A stretch of DNA of 64,000 nucleotides from Armatimonadota bacterium (lineage in GTDB: Bacteria > Armatimonadota > SYMT01). Of the stretch, positions 29,701 through 41,548 are shown in pieces (positions within the stretch are counted from its first letter, which is position 1; the number at the start of each line of letters is the position of its first letter). A program made the position numbers and the translations under genes. The notes below the pieces were generated by a model, which saw only the letters and a list, made by a program, of their open reading frames with translations, did not search any database and was not told where the DNA came from. Location: contig JAWLHY010000014.1 in assembly GCA_041690135.1 (NCBI GenBank), forward strand, positions 110,150-174,149. Reading direction: 5' to 3'.

Positions 29701-32457
29701 TCAATGGTTAAAGAGAAACTCCTGGGAATTGAGGAGGCTCCACATCAGGTCCTGGGCGCCGGCCTCGCGGCTGGCGGCTTCCTTCAGCAGCGCCTGGGCA
29801 TCGGACTGGTCCTGCGGCGTGGGGCGGCGGCTCACGCCGGCGAGGAAGATCTCTTCGATCAGCTCCGCGTCGCTCTTGCCTTCCGCCAGCAGCTTCTCCA
29901 GGCGACCGCCGCGGGCGGCAATCTTGTTGTTAACGAGGTCGCCGTTCAGCAGGAGCAGCGCCTGGCCGATGTTGCCGTCCACGGTCCGCTCGCATTCGCA
30001 CACGATTTCGCGGCGGGGCCGGCCGAAAGCGTCGAGGAATTGCCCCAGCGCGCCGGGAGCCGCCGGCGTGGGGACTTTCACCGCCCTGGTAACGTCGGTC
30101 TCCACGTAGCCTTTCCGGATGGTCTGGAGGTTGACCTGATTCGCGCCGCGCCGGCGGTTGCGCCGCTGATCGGCCAGCACGAACTGGCCAGTGGCCTGGC
30201 TGATGCTGTCGTAGAGCTGCTCGGCTGAGAGGCGTCGCGGGTAAGCACGGGCGTAGTTCGTGGTATCTTCCCGGTTGAACTCGTTCTGGCTCGAGGAAAG
30301 CTGGTAGACCTGCGAGTTGAGGATGGTCCGCGCCAGGTGCTTCATGTCGAACTTGTGGGTGACCAGCTCTTTCGCCAGCGCATCCAGGAGTTCCGGGTTC
30401 GACGGCGGATTGGTTACCCGCATGTCATCGACCGGCTCCACGACTCCCCGGCCCAGGAAGTGCGCCCAGATGCGGTTGGCGATGTTGCGGGCGAAGAACG
30501 GGTTCTCCGGCGCGGTGATCCAGGCCGCCAGCGCTTCCCGTCGGTCCGGTCCCGTCCCCTGGGGGAGGGTGCCGTCCAGGAAGCGAGGCTCCATCACCTC
30601 GTTCGTCTTGGGGTGGCGAACGATGGCCACGCCACGAACCCGCCGGGCCTGCTTCCGCTTCCGGCCCTTCACGACCACCGGTTCCGGCGCAGGCTCGGGC
30701 GCCACCACGGCGCCGGGGCCCTGGCGTCCAGACCGCAGGATGCGCACGCCGGAGAAGTTGGCGGCCAGGCCGTAGTAGTCGTTCTGGGTCCACTTCTCGA
30801 AGGGGTGGTTGTGGCACCGGGCGCACTCCAGCCGCACCCCGAGGAAGACCTGGCTCGCCGCGCTGGTGGTGTCCAGCGGGTTCTGGGTCACCATGTAGAA
30901 GTTGGTGGCCGGGTTGAGCGGGAACTCCATCGCGGGCGAGGGTCCACCCTTCTTGGCCTGCTTCTTGGAGCCGAGCACCTCGTCTCCGTTACGACCGGTC
31001 GCGGTGAGGAGCGCGCGGACGAACTGGTCGGCCGGCACGTTTTTCGCCATCTGCTCGCGGATCCACTCGTGGAACACGAGCACGCCGGGACCCGTGAACT
31101 TGGGGTTGTTGCGGAGCATGTCGCTCCACTTGAGGGTCCACACGTCCGCGTAGTCCGGCCGGTCGAGAAGTTGGTCGATCAGCTTCGCCCGCTTGTCGGG
31201 CGCGGTATCGGCCAGGAAAGTGCGCACCTCTTCGGGCGTGGGGATGATGCCGCACACGTCCAGGTAGACCCGGCGGACAAACTCCTCATCCGACGCGGTC
31301 TGCGAGGGCAGGACCTTCAGCCGCTGGAGCTTGTTGAACACCACCTCGTCGATAAAGTTGCGGCGGGCCGGCCAGTGGGCTGCCTTCGGCAGGGCACGGT
31401 CGGTGAGGACCGCCACCCGGGCCACGGCGACCTGTCCCAGGTGCCGCACCATGATCGCAGTTTCGCCCGGCGCCTTGCTGCTCACGGTGCCCTGGTCGGA
31501 GACGTCCGCCACCGAGTCGTCGTTGGAGTCGAACATCGCCTGCTCGGTGACGTCGAGGGTGGTGCCGTCGGACATCTGCGCCGTTACCAGCAGTCGCTGC
31601 GTGGTCCCCTTGCGGGCCAGCCAGCGCTCCGCCGGGGTGACGGTGATTCCCTGCACCCGCGCCTCCAACTCGCCGATGCCCTTCGCGCCCTGCTGGATCC
31701 AGGCCAGGAGCGTCCGGTAATCGGGAGAGTCGGCTTTAAACCGCACGCCGCCGGCGTGGGGGACGATTCCCAGCGGCTTCTGAAGCGCCAGACTCTTTGC
31801 CGGGTCCTTCGGGTCGATGCGCGGATTCTCACCTCCGGTCAGTGCCGGATGGTCGAGGTCCGGCTCGTAGCCGAAGAGGGAGAGCTTGAGACCCCCCTTG
31901 CCCGCAGGAGAGCCGTGGCAGGAGCTGCCGTTGCACCCCGCCTTGCTGAGGATCGGCATGACGTCGTTGACGAAGCTGATCGGGCTGGGTTCTTCCGCGC
32001 CGACTACCGTCACCGGCACCGTAGCGGTCAACTTGCCGAGGCGGGCGCTCACCTTCGTCTCGCCGTCGCCCACGGGGCGCACCTTCCCGCCGGTTACCGC
32101 GGCGATCTTTGCGGACTGGCTGCCGAAGGTCACCCGGTCGGTGATATCCGTCTCCTGCCCGTCTTTCGCGATCCCGGTTACCAGGAGCTGCTGGTGTGCG
32201 CGGCCATCGGCCAGGATTACCTCGGCCGGGTCGATCCGGAGCCGTGCAAACTCCGCGGCGGGAGTGGAAATACCCTTCTTTAGCGGCGCGGGGGCTGCTT
32301 TACGAGAGGGAGTGCGGGAGACGCTCTTCTTGACCGCGGGTTTGCGGACGGGAGCCTTCGCGCTTTTGCGGGCGGGGGCGGCGGCGAGGGGGCTCGCCCC
32401 GGCGATGGCGGTGAGCAGTGCGATCGCCGGACAAAGACGGTTTACCGGAAGCTGCAT
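29701..32457 (-). CDS. DUF1549/DUF1553 (PSD) protein with Ig-like Big_2 domains
   Basis: SFVNDVMPILSKAGCN...CHG, RNFIDE, FVRRVYLD, CARCHNHPFEKW, NPFFAR..ANRIW, PPSNPELLD, C-terminal EFLFNH. Confidence 0.93.
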   Translation of the reverse strand: MQLPVNRLCPAIALLTAIAGASPLAAAPARKSAKAPVRKPAVKKSVSRTPSRKAAPAPLKKGISTPAAEFARLRIDPAEVILADGRAHQQLLVTGIAKDGQETDITDRVTFGSQSAKIAAVTGGKVRPVGDGETKVSARLGKLTATVPVTVVGAEEPSPISFVNDVMPILSKAGCNGSSCHGSPAGKGGLKLSLFGYEPDLDHPALTGGENPRIDPKDPAKSLALQKPLGIVPHAGGVRFKADSPDYRTLLAWIQQGAKGIGELEARVQGITVTPAERWLARKGTTQRLLVTAQMSDGTTLDVTEQAMFDSNDDSVADVSDQGTVSSKAPGETAIMVRHLGQVAVARVAVLTDRALPKAAHWPARRNFIDEVVFNKLQRLKVLPSQTASDEEFVRRVYLDVCGIIPTPEEVRTFLADTAPDKRAKLIDQLLDRPDYADVWTLKWSDMLRNNPKFTGPGVLVFHEWIREQMAKNVPADQFVRALLTATGRNGDEVLGSKKQAKKGGPSPAMEFPLNPATNFYMVTQNPLDTTSAASQVFLGVRLECARCHNHPFEKWTQNDYYGLAANFSGVRILRSGRQGPGAVVAPEPAPEPVVVKGRKRKQARRVRGVAIVRHPKTNEVMEPRFLDGTLPQGTGPDRREALAAWITAPENPFFARNIANRIWAHFLGRGVVEPVDDMRVTNPPSNPELLDALAKELVTHKFDMKHLARTILNSQVYQLSSSQNEFNREDTTNYARAYPRRLSAEQLYDSISQATGQFVLADQRRNRRRGANQVNLQTIRKGYVETDVTRAVKVPTPAAPGALGQFLDAFGRPRREIVCECERTVDGNIGQALLLLNGDLVNNKIAARGGRLEKLLAEGKSDAELIEEIFLAGVSRRPTPQDQSDAQALLKEAASREAGAQDLMWSLLNSQEFLFNH

Positions 32458-32516
32458 GCGACTGACCCTTCTCGGCCGGGCGGCGGCGGCGCGGCCCATT
32501 GCTGCTCGTTGTCCGT

Positions 32517-32545
32517 TCAGACGCAGTAGGGTCGGCGGGGTCTCA
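32517..32545 (-). promoter_or_regulatory. Candidate ECF-sigma promoter (TGAGAC-N16-CGTCTGA)
   Basis: Close to the SigW-type TGAAAC-N16-CGT consensus; 60 nt upstream of ATG 32457. Confidence 0.45.
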
Positions 32546-32577
32546 GTTTTTTCTCGGTAGAAGGGTATAGTGAGGAT

Positions 32578-32748
32578 ATGGCGGAGACAAAGAAGAAGAA
32601 ACTGGCCGGGCGAAGCCAGCTTGCCCGCGTGGCGCACCTCCGCTCCGGCGCGGGGGCGATGGGCGGCAACCGGAAGCAGCAGATTCGGCGCCGACGGCGC
32701 CGCGACCGGGAAGAAGAAGCCCAGGCGCAGCGGGAACGCGATGAATAG
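32578..32748 (+). CDS. Small basic protein, 56 aa, absent from the ORF track
   Basis: MAETKKKKLAGRSQLARVAHLRSGAGAMGGNRKQQIRRRRRRDREEEAQAQRERDE*. TATAGT lies 6 nt upstream of the ATG. Confidence 0.65.
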   Translation: MAETKKKKLAGRSQLARVAHLRSGAGAMGGNRKQQIRRRRRRDREEEAQAQRERDE

Positions 32749-32899
32749 CTCTGGAACGCCTCCTCGGTCCTCTGCCGGCCGGCGGCGTGGGCCAGTTCGA
32801 TTACCTCGACAAGCGGTAGTCGGCCAGGCTGGAACTTTCCGCAGATTGATTGGAAGCAGAGCTTTCCCGCGGATGGGAAGGCTTTGCCTGTTACTGGGT

Positions 32900-35038
32900 C
32901 TATTCCTTTCGGGCGGCGCGCCGGTCCAGTTCCGTCAGCTTCAACCGCACGCTCGCGATGTAAGGGGCTTCCCCCGGGGTCCAGTGCCCGTAAGTCGTCG
33001 TCACGAACGTTCCGTCCGGCAGCACCTCCACGCCGGGATAGGCGCAGTCCGCCCCCTTGTGATTGTCCATCAGCCGCACGCGGTACTGGCCTTCCCGTCC
33101 CTGGACGATATCCTCGTACCGGCCGACCCACGCCACCCAGTCGCCCTTTGTGGGGCTCTCGTGCGTGGTGTCGCGGAAGGAGATGAACAGGCGGCCGTCC
33201 GGGGCGTACTTCGCGGTGTGGCGGTCGCCGGTTAGGGCCGCGGGCAGTTCGCGCGGGGCGGACCACGTCTTTGCCTCGTCGTTGGAGAAGATCACGTAGG
33301 AGTTGCGCCGCCGGCTGTTCTCCCGGAGCAGCACCGCGAGCTGCTTGCCATCCGGAGACCGTATGATGCCCGGCTCGCAGAGGTGGATGTCGCTGGAGCG
33401 GTAGATCACCTGCGGCTCGCCCCAGGTCACCCCGCCGTCACGGCTGAACGTCTGATAGAGCGTGAAGAGGTTCGTGCGCGGCCCACCTTTCCGGAAGAAG
33501 CGCCCGTCGTCGTGGAACATCGCCACGTAGTCGCCGCTCCGGAGCCGTTCCAGGCAGCCCATCGCCACGATCCCACCGTACTCCCCGATCGGCTTCAACT
33601 CGGACCAGGTTCCCCCGTCGTCCTCGCTCACCGCCATCCGGATCGGATAGAGGCCGGAGAACATGATCAGCCGCCGCTTGCCCTGCGGGTCGATCGTGCG
33701 GTAGAGCGTCGGCACTTCCTGGGAAATGGCCCAACTCGCCGGGGTGGGGAGGCGATCGGACCAGGTTTCCCCCCCATCGGTGCTCCGCTTGTAGACGATC
33801 CCCCCGCGCCCGTGTCCCTTGGGGTACACGGCCAGCATGGTCTTGCCGTCTTCCAGCAGCACGGTCGTGGGATGCCCCAGATACTGCCCCGGCTCCCGGT
33901 CCACCACCACCTGCCGGTCTTTCTCCTCCGCCAGGTCGATGGTCGGAATCGTATAGCCTTTCGCCAGCGGCGTATCCATCGTTAGCTCATGGACCCCGGC
34001 CGCCCGGTGCCCCGGCCGGTCCTCGCCACCCGGAACCACAATCTTTCCCTGCCACCGGCACGCGGTGGTGGTCACCAGCCCCGCCGGGTAGGCTCCCGCC
34101 GGGCTCCAACGGCCGGAGCGGGGATCGAAGGCCAGCACCTCGCGGCTGAAGCCGGGGTGTTTCTCCTTCAGCTCGAAGACCCGGGCGGCGTTCTCCCCAT
34201 CGTCGCCGCCGAAGACCAGCAGCCGGTCCCCCTCCGCCAGGCACGGCGCAGCGACCACCGGCCGCGGGAGATCGGCGATCCGCTCCCAGCCGCTCCCCGG
34301 GCGATAGCGGTAGGCATCCCGCAGGTAGCGACGGGCGGGCTTGCCGTCCGGTCCCGCATACAGCTCCGCGCCGCTCGCCAGGTAAAGCTCACCGTCCACC
34401 GCGCCCATCGCCGGCAGGATCCGTCCCGGTCCCGGCCACGGCTCCCGCTCCTTCCACTTCGCGCCCGGTTTCGAGAGGTCCAGCGACCAGAAGCCGCGCA
34501 GGGCCGTGGTGCTGGTCGGCGTCTCCTGGCCCCCGGCCACGTACAACGTGTCGCCGATCCGCGCCCCCGCCAGGTAGGCGCTCGGCCGGGGCAGGTTCGG
34601 CAGCCGGTCCACCCGCAGCTTCTCCCCGGACCACCGGATCCGGTACCCGGTGGCGTAGTGCCGCTCCGCGTCGCAGCCTCCCACGGTGATCAGCGCCTTC
34701 CCATGGGGCGCGGAAACCCCGTAGGCGGAGGGTCCGGGCTGCGGCAGTTGCCCAACCGTCGTCCACTCCCGCTCTCCCGGCCGGAGCGCCTGGACCGTGG
34801 GGACCCATTCCTTCTTGCCGCCCTCGAACAGGGGGACCGGAAAGTGGGTGCCGCCCACCACCAGCAGGCGGTCCCCCGCCGCACCCGCGAACTGCCCGGA
34901 GATCCCCACCGGCAGGTCCGGCAGCCGGGACCAGGTCAGGGAGGTCTTCGCGCCGGGAGCGCCGGTTGCCGCCCCGCAGAGGGCCGCTGCCACCGGCAGC
35001 AGGAGGAGAGAACGTCTGGAGAGGGGAGACTGCTTCAT
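32900..35038 (-). CDS. Kelch-repeat (NanM-like) plus BNR/sialidase-like fusion protein
   Basis: Tat-like SRRSLL; repeated LxVxGG Kelch units; four Asp-boxes (STDGGETW, SEDDGGTW, SRDGGVTW, SNDEAKTW). Confidence 0.85.
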   Translation of the reverse strand: MKQSPLSRRSLLLLPVAAALCGAATGAPGAKTSLTWSRLPDLPVGISGQFAGAAGDRLLVVGGTHFPVPLFEGGKKEWVPTVQALRPGEREWTTVGQLPQPGPSAYGVSAPHGKALITVGGCDAERHYATGYRIRWSGEKLRVDRLPNLPRPSAYLAGARIGDTLYVAGGQETPTSTTALRGFWSLDLSKPGAKWKEREPWPGPGRILPAMGAVDGELYLASGAELYAGPDGKPARRYLRDAYRYRPGSGWERIADLPRPVVAAPCLAEGDRLLVFGGDDGENAARVFELKEKHPGFSREVLAFDPRSGRWSPAGAYPAGLVTTTACRWQGKIVVPGGEDRPGHRAAGVHELTMDTPLAKGYTIPTIDLAEEKDRQVVVDREPGQYLGHPTTVLLEDGKTMLAVYPKGHGRGGIVYKRSTDGGETWSDRLPTPASWAISQEVPTLYRTIDPQGKRRLIMFSGLYPIRMAVSEDDGGTWSELKPIGEYGGIVAMGCLERLRSGDYVAMFHDDGRFFRKGGPRTNLFTLYQTFSRDGGVTWGEPQVIYRSSDIHLCEPGIIRSPDGKQLAVLLRENSRRRNSYVIFSNDEAKTWSAPRELPAALTGDRHTAKYAPDGRLFISFRDTTHESPTKGDWVAWVGRYEDIVQGREGQYRVRLMDNHKGADCAYPGVEVLPDGTFVTTTYGHWTPGEAPYIASVRLKLTELDRRAARKE

Positions 35039-35121
35039 GCAGTCAACTTGTGGGCGTGCGCTGCGAGAACCTTCTTTCGTCCCCGCACCTCACCACCGGA
35101 GCATCACTCGAGGACTCGCAA

Positions 35122-35436
35122 GTGAGTGGCACACTGTTTACAGAGACCGATGCGGGGATGATCTACACCGCTCCCAGGTGTGTGGTGTCACTTGGTGGTC
35201 TGTTCGTCAACTATACGCTGATCAATCGCTGCGCAGTGCCCACCTATGAAGAGACCCGGCTGTTCCTGGAGAAGGCCTTAGCCACAGGTGCTTTTACCTG
35301 GCTTGGGGACGTGAACTTCAGAATCGATGAGACATGGTTCGAGCGAGCCCATCAGTGGGACGTTGCCTGCGATGATGAATTTGAAGCCATAGAAGGGTTC
35401 CCGGTTCCGCTGCCGTTGGCGCCGGGTACCCGATAG
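35122..35436 (+). CDS. Hypothetical protein, 104 aa, lower GC
   Basis: GTG after GAGGA; globular acidic/aromatic composition; codon usage differs from neighbours. Confidence 0.5.
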   Translation: MSGTLFTETDAGMIYTAPRCVVSLGGLFVNYTLINRCAVPTYEETRLFLEKALATGAFTWLGDVNFRIDETWFERAHQWDVACDDEFEAIEGFPVPLPLAPGTR

Positions 35437-35713
35437 CGGGTGTCGCGTTTGCCGAGGGCCATCAAACCCAGAGCAGGGCAGGCACGGTCCCACGCCCCTA
35501 CATTTCGGAAATCCTCATCCTCATTCGCGAAACTTACCGTGCCCATCCGTCCTATCCGTGTCATCCGTGTCGGAAGCCTTTCCGGCGTCTGTGACCCTTC
35601 TCGTCCCCTCTGGTGTCCCTCTGTGTCGAAAGTTCACCCCGAGACCGCGAAACGAACTTCACGCTCCGGACTCCTACTGGATAAGGGTGAAGGATCCGGA
35701 CCTGGGGTGAAGG

Positions 35714-37144
35714 ATGCACGGGGAGGCTTCACAACCGAATGGCTGCGCGGATTTCCGGGCCCGGCTGGGGCGGCGGGAGGTGCTGCGTGCGGGCAGCCTG
35801 GCGCTGTTCGGGATGTCGCTGCCGGAGTTGCTGCGGGCGCAGGCGTTGGCGGCCCCTGTTTCCGGCGGTTCGTTCGGGCGGGCGAAACGGTGCATCATCC
35901 TCTTCATGTGGGGCGGCCCCGGGCAGATGGACACCTGGGACATGAAGCCGGATTCTCCCGCCGAATACCGGGGGGAGTTCAAGCCGATCTCCACCAACGT
36001 CGATGGCATCCAGGTCTGCGAGCTCTTTCCTCGGCTGGCGAAACAGTGCGATAAGCTCGCGATCGTCCGGTCCCTGCACCACCCGGACGTCAACCACACC
36101 ACGGCCACCCACTTCCTGCTCACGGGCCGGGACATGCCGAACCGGCAGGGGCCGGAGTCGGACGACTGGCCCAACATGGGGTCCGTCCTGGCCCGCCTGG
36201 GGCGCGGTAACCCGGCCCTTCCACCCTACGTGACGATGCGACCGAAGACGCCGCTGGACGTGCCGCGCTTCGTGGAGCAAAGCCGGGGGCAGTGGTCCGG
36301 CTGGCTGGGGCCCGCCTTCCAGCCGTTCGTGATCGACGCGAACCCCAACGGCGCGGAATACCGGCGAGGCGAGTTCAGTCTCTCCGCCGAGGTCGGCGCG
36401 GAGCGGTTCCAGCGGCGGATGGGTCTGCGCCGGCAGATCGATTCCGGAGTGCATCAACTGGAGCGGCACCCGGCGGTGCAGGCGCACGACACCAGTTACA
36501 CTCGCGCCTACAACCTGCTTACCTCCGCCGGCGCCGGTAGGGCCTTCGATCTCTCGGAGGAAACGGACGCGATGCGGGACCGCTACGGCCGGAACATGCA
36601 CGGGCAGGCGGTGCTGCAGGCCCGGCGCCTGATCGAGGCCGGCGTGCCCCTCGTCACCGTCTTCTGGCAGAACGACGGCATCAAGAATGTGTCCGTGTAC
36701 TGGGACACCCATAGCCGGACCTTTGTCGACATGCGGGAGCGCCTCGCCCCACCCGCCGACCAGGCCTTTTCCGCCTTGTTGGAGGACCTGGAAGACCGCG
36801 GCCTGCTGGACGAGACGCTGATTCTCTGGACCGGAGAGTTTGGACGCACGCCGAAGGTGGGGCAGGGGGTGCCGGGCGGCGCGGGCGCGGGGAAGGACGG
36901 TCGGGACCACTGGCCGCACGTCTTCACCAGTGTGCTGGCGGGCGGGGGGATCCGGGGCGGGCAGGTCTACGGGAAGAGCGATGCGCTGGCCGCCTACCCC
37001 GAGGAAGACGCCGTCACCCCGGCGGATCTCGCCGCCACCATGTACCACTGCCTGGGAGTGGCGCCCCACACGGAATTGCACGACGCTCAAAACCGTCCGC
37101 TGGCGATCTGCGATGGCAGCGTGATTCGCCCGCTCGTGGGCTAA
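35714..37144 (+). CDS. DUF1501 domain protein
   Basis: GRREVLRAG, FMWGGP.QMDTWDMKP, WDTH, GEFGRTP, GRDHWP. Confidence 0.93.
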   Translation: MHGEASQPNGCADFRARLGRREVLRAGSLALFGMSLPELLRAQALAAPVSGGSFGRAKRCIILFMWGGPGQMDTWDMKPDSPAEYRGEFKPISTNVDGIQVCELFPRLAKQCDKLAIVRSLHHPDVNHTTATHFLLTGRDMPNRQGPESDDWPNMGSVLARLGRGNPALPPYVTMRPKTPLDVPRFVEQSRGQWSGWLGPAFQPFVIDANPNGAEYRRGEFSLSAEVGAERFQRRMGLRRQIDSGVHQLERHPAVQAHDTSYTRAYNLLTSAGAGRAFDLSEETDAMRDRYGRNMHGQAVLQARRLIEAGVPLVTVFWQNDGIKNVSVYWDTHSRTFVDMRERLAPPADQAFSALLEDLEDRGLLDETLILWTGEFGRTPKVGQGVPGGAGAGKDGRDHWPHVFTSVLAGGGIRGGQVYGKSDALAAYPEEDAVTPADLAATMYHCLGVAPHTELHDAQNRPLAICDGSVIRPLVG

Positions 37145-37233
37145 GGCTGCATCCGGAAGGTAGAGCTCCGATTTCCGTATGGGCCGTCATGGGTGTGGTC
37201 CGGGCTTGAACTCCGCCCCGGGAGACCCTCCTG

Positions 37234-37403
37234 ATAGGGAATGTGACGTACCCCCGGCGGAGCATAAGGCCGCTCCCTACCGCCGTCGGGGAAGCTGATC
37301 CTTTTGCGCCATACCGGACCAGTCCAGGGCCAGGACGGCTACGAATTGGCGGGAACGGGATCAACCGCAATCCGGCGGAACGCTACGGCGAGACGTTCCC
37401 TAG
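37234..37403 (+). mobile_element. REPIN/MITE-like element, copy 2, with an internal insertion
   Basis: ATAGGGAATGTGACG...GGAACGCTACGGCGAGACGTTCCCTAG; colinear with copy 1. Confidence 0.8.
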
Positions 37404-37490
37404 CGGCGCCGCTTTCGAGAACTTGCCGGAGGGGCGCCTACTTGTGTGTCTTCACTCGCCCAACCGGAGCTTTGGTTCTGCGACAGTCCC

Positions 37491-38501
37491 TTATTGTCGC
37501 AGCTTGCGCATCAGGCGCACCAGGCGGGGATCGTCGGGGCTGGCCTCGCGCACGACGCGAAGATGCTCTCGCGCTTCCTCGTACTTGCCGGTCAGGATGA
37601 GGTGTTCCGCCAGCTGCAAGCGCGCATCGGTGTGCCGGGGGGAGACCTGGATGGCGGTTCGCCACGCCTGCTCGGCATCCTGAAGACGCTTCGTGTCCCG
37701 CAAGCGCCGGCCGCGGTCCGTGTAGTAGCCCGCCACGGCCTCCGGGGAGGGGGAGAGAACGACCGCACTCTGACTGCCGATGGAGACGGCTCGTTCGACG
37801 GGAGACCACAGGCCGTCCCGGTCGCGCGTGCGGAGCTGGTAGTCGCCCGGCTTCAGGGTCACCGCCGAGCTAGCGGATGGGTCGGATCTGGCCACCACGC
37901 TCCCGTCCGGCGCGATCAGCTCCAGTTGTAACTCCGGGTGGGGGTTGTCCCACTGAATCTGGATAACCACCGGAGCGCCCGAGAAGGAGCCGCCGTTCCG
38001 TTCCGGCACTGCCGACCGTTTTACCGGCGGCTCCTTGGCTGTTAGGGATCCGAGCCAGGCGCCCACAATGGCCGAACTGGCCAGGAGAGCGACGACCAGA
38101 ACCACCGAGCCGACCAGGCGCAGGGCCGCGGGAACTCCGCGCCGGACCGCCGCCGTGGAGGCGGCCGGAGTGGAGAGGGTCACCACTCCCTGCGGGGAGA
38201 TACGCGGTCGCGGCACGGCCGCGGCGCCACCCAGGCGCGTGGGAGCCCATTGAGTCTCCGCGCGCGACGCTTTCGTCCCGGCGGCCAGAATCTCCGCCAG
38301 GCTGCGCCCGCAGGACCCGCATTCTACGTCCCCATCCGGAATCGCCGTCCAGCAGAAGCTGCAGTAGTGCTTCGCCGCGCGCGAGCGGTGGGGGCTCCTG
38401 TCGGCCACGGGTGAGTCAGACCACCCGAGCTCCAGCAGCAGCTTTTCCGGGTCCAGCGATTCTTGAGTCCGGGATGTAGTTCCCTGTGGCTCACTGTTCA
38501 T
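37491..38501 (-). CDS. Membrane protein: zinc ribbon, one TM helix, beta domain and TPR
   Basis: CSFC..CGSC; hydrophobic segment; LKPGDYQL; C-terminal TPR-like helices. Confidence 0.75.
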   Translation of the reverse strand: MNSEPQGTTSRTQESLDPEKLLLELGWSDSPVADRSPHRSRAAKHYCSFCWTAIPDGDVECGSCGRSLAEILAAGTKASRAETQWAPTRLGGAAAVPRPRISPQGVVTLSTPAASTAAVRRGVPAALRLVGSVVLVVALLASSAIVGAWLGSLTAKEPPVKRSAVPERNGGSFSGAPVVIQIQWDNPHPELQLELIAPDGSVVARSDPSASSAVTLKPGDYQLRTRDRDGLWSPVERAVSIGSQSAVVLSPSPEAVAGYYTDRGRRLRDTKRLQDAEQAWRTAIQVSPRHTDARLQLAEHLILTGKYEEAREHLRVVREASPDDPRLVRLMRKLRQ

Positions 38502-38930
38502 CGGCGGAATTATCGGCAGTGTAACGAGCGACTATAGTCCAGTCGAGCGCCGGGTCCTGCATCGGAAGGATGGATATCGGATCATCCTATCGCACGAGAG
38601 CGGGATCGCGGACCCTTCACAGGTAGTGATTGGCAGGAAATCGTACAACCTATAGCTTAATCTTCGCCCAACCCGAAGATCCGGTGGTTGCCTGGCCCCT
38701 CCCTCGCTACTTATCACTCCAAGCTATCAATCCTAGAAAAACACATAAGAACTGTTTACGAATACCGGGTGATAAGAATAGGGGTGCCGGAGCCGCGCAG
38801 CGGCAAGCGAGTTCTCTACCCGGTTCGAGCGCACCCTGTTCGCAGCGGAACCGTTCGGGATCGGTCTATCGGGATCATCGGAACACCGGCAGAAGGAGCT
38901 GGCTCCGAACGTGGGCCAGTCGATCGGACG

Positions 38931-39623
38931 ATGCAACGGAAACCGCTTTCCTCTTCCACTGGAACCAAGATACTGATCGCCGTCAGCGGCCTGGCGCTGT
39001 ACGCGTTCCTGATCTTTCACCTGGCCGGAAACCTCACGGTGTTCGGCGGGGCGGAGATCTTCAACGCCTACTCGCACAAGCTGCTGGGTCTCGGCTTTCT
39101 GGTCTATGTGATCGAGTTTGGCCTGGCGGCCATCTTTCTCCTCCACATTTACAAGGCCGTTACCAACTTCGCCAACAACCGCAAGGCGCGTCCCGACCGC
39201 TACGCGGCCAAACCGGCTCCGCTAACCTCGCGGCGACCGGGCGCGGGCAGCAAGAAGTCGGTCGCCTCTTCGACGATGATCTATACCGGGACGATCGTCA
39301 TCCTGTTCGTGATCATCCACCTCAAGGGGCTCAAGTTCGGGCCTTACTACGAGGCGGCGGAGCCCGGCGTGCGAGACCTCTACCGGTTGGAAATGGAGCA
39401 CTTCGGCAACCCCCTCACGGTGGCCTTCTACGTGCTCAGCATGGCGGTCATCGGCTTCCACATCTGGCACGGCTTCTGGAGCGCCTTCCAGTCGCTGGGC
39501 CTCGGGAACAGCCGGTTCACGCCGAAGCTGGTTACCGCGGCGAAGGCCCTGTCCCTGCTGATTGCCGGCGGGTTCGCGATCATTCCCATTTTCATCTATC
39601 TACAGGTTCTTGCTGGGGGTTAA
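38931..39623 (+). CDS. sdhC: Succinate dehydrogenase/fumarate reductase cytochrome b subunit
   Basis: KILIAVSGL..FLIFHLAGN, LLHI, IIHL, FHIWHGFWSAFQSLG; five TM helices with four His. Confidence 0.93.
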   Translation: MQRKPLSSSTGTKILIAVSGLALYAFLIFHLAGNLTVFGGAEIFNAYSHKLLGLGFLVYVIEFGLAAIFLLHIYKAVTNFANNRKARPDRYAAKPAPLTSRRPGAGSKKSVASSTMIYTGTIVILFVIIHLKGLKFGPYYEAAEPGVRDLYRLEMEHFGNPLTVAFYVLSMAVIGFHIWHGFWSAFQSLGLGNSRFTPKLVTAAKALSLLIAGGFAIIPIFIYLQVLAGG

Positions 39624-39626
39624 GTT

Positions 39627-41540
<1,914 letters not shown>

Positions 41541-41548
41541 GTCAACCG

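Noticed and set aside
38500-38930. Rex operator upstream of sdhCAB
   Set aside because: There is an AT-rich promoter-like stretch but no TTGTGAA-N4-TTCACAA-like palindrome.
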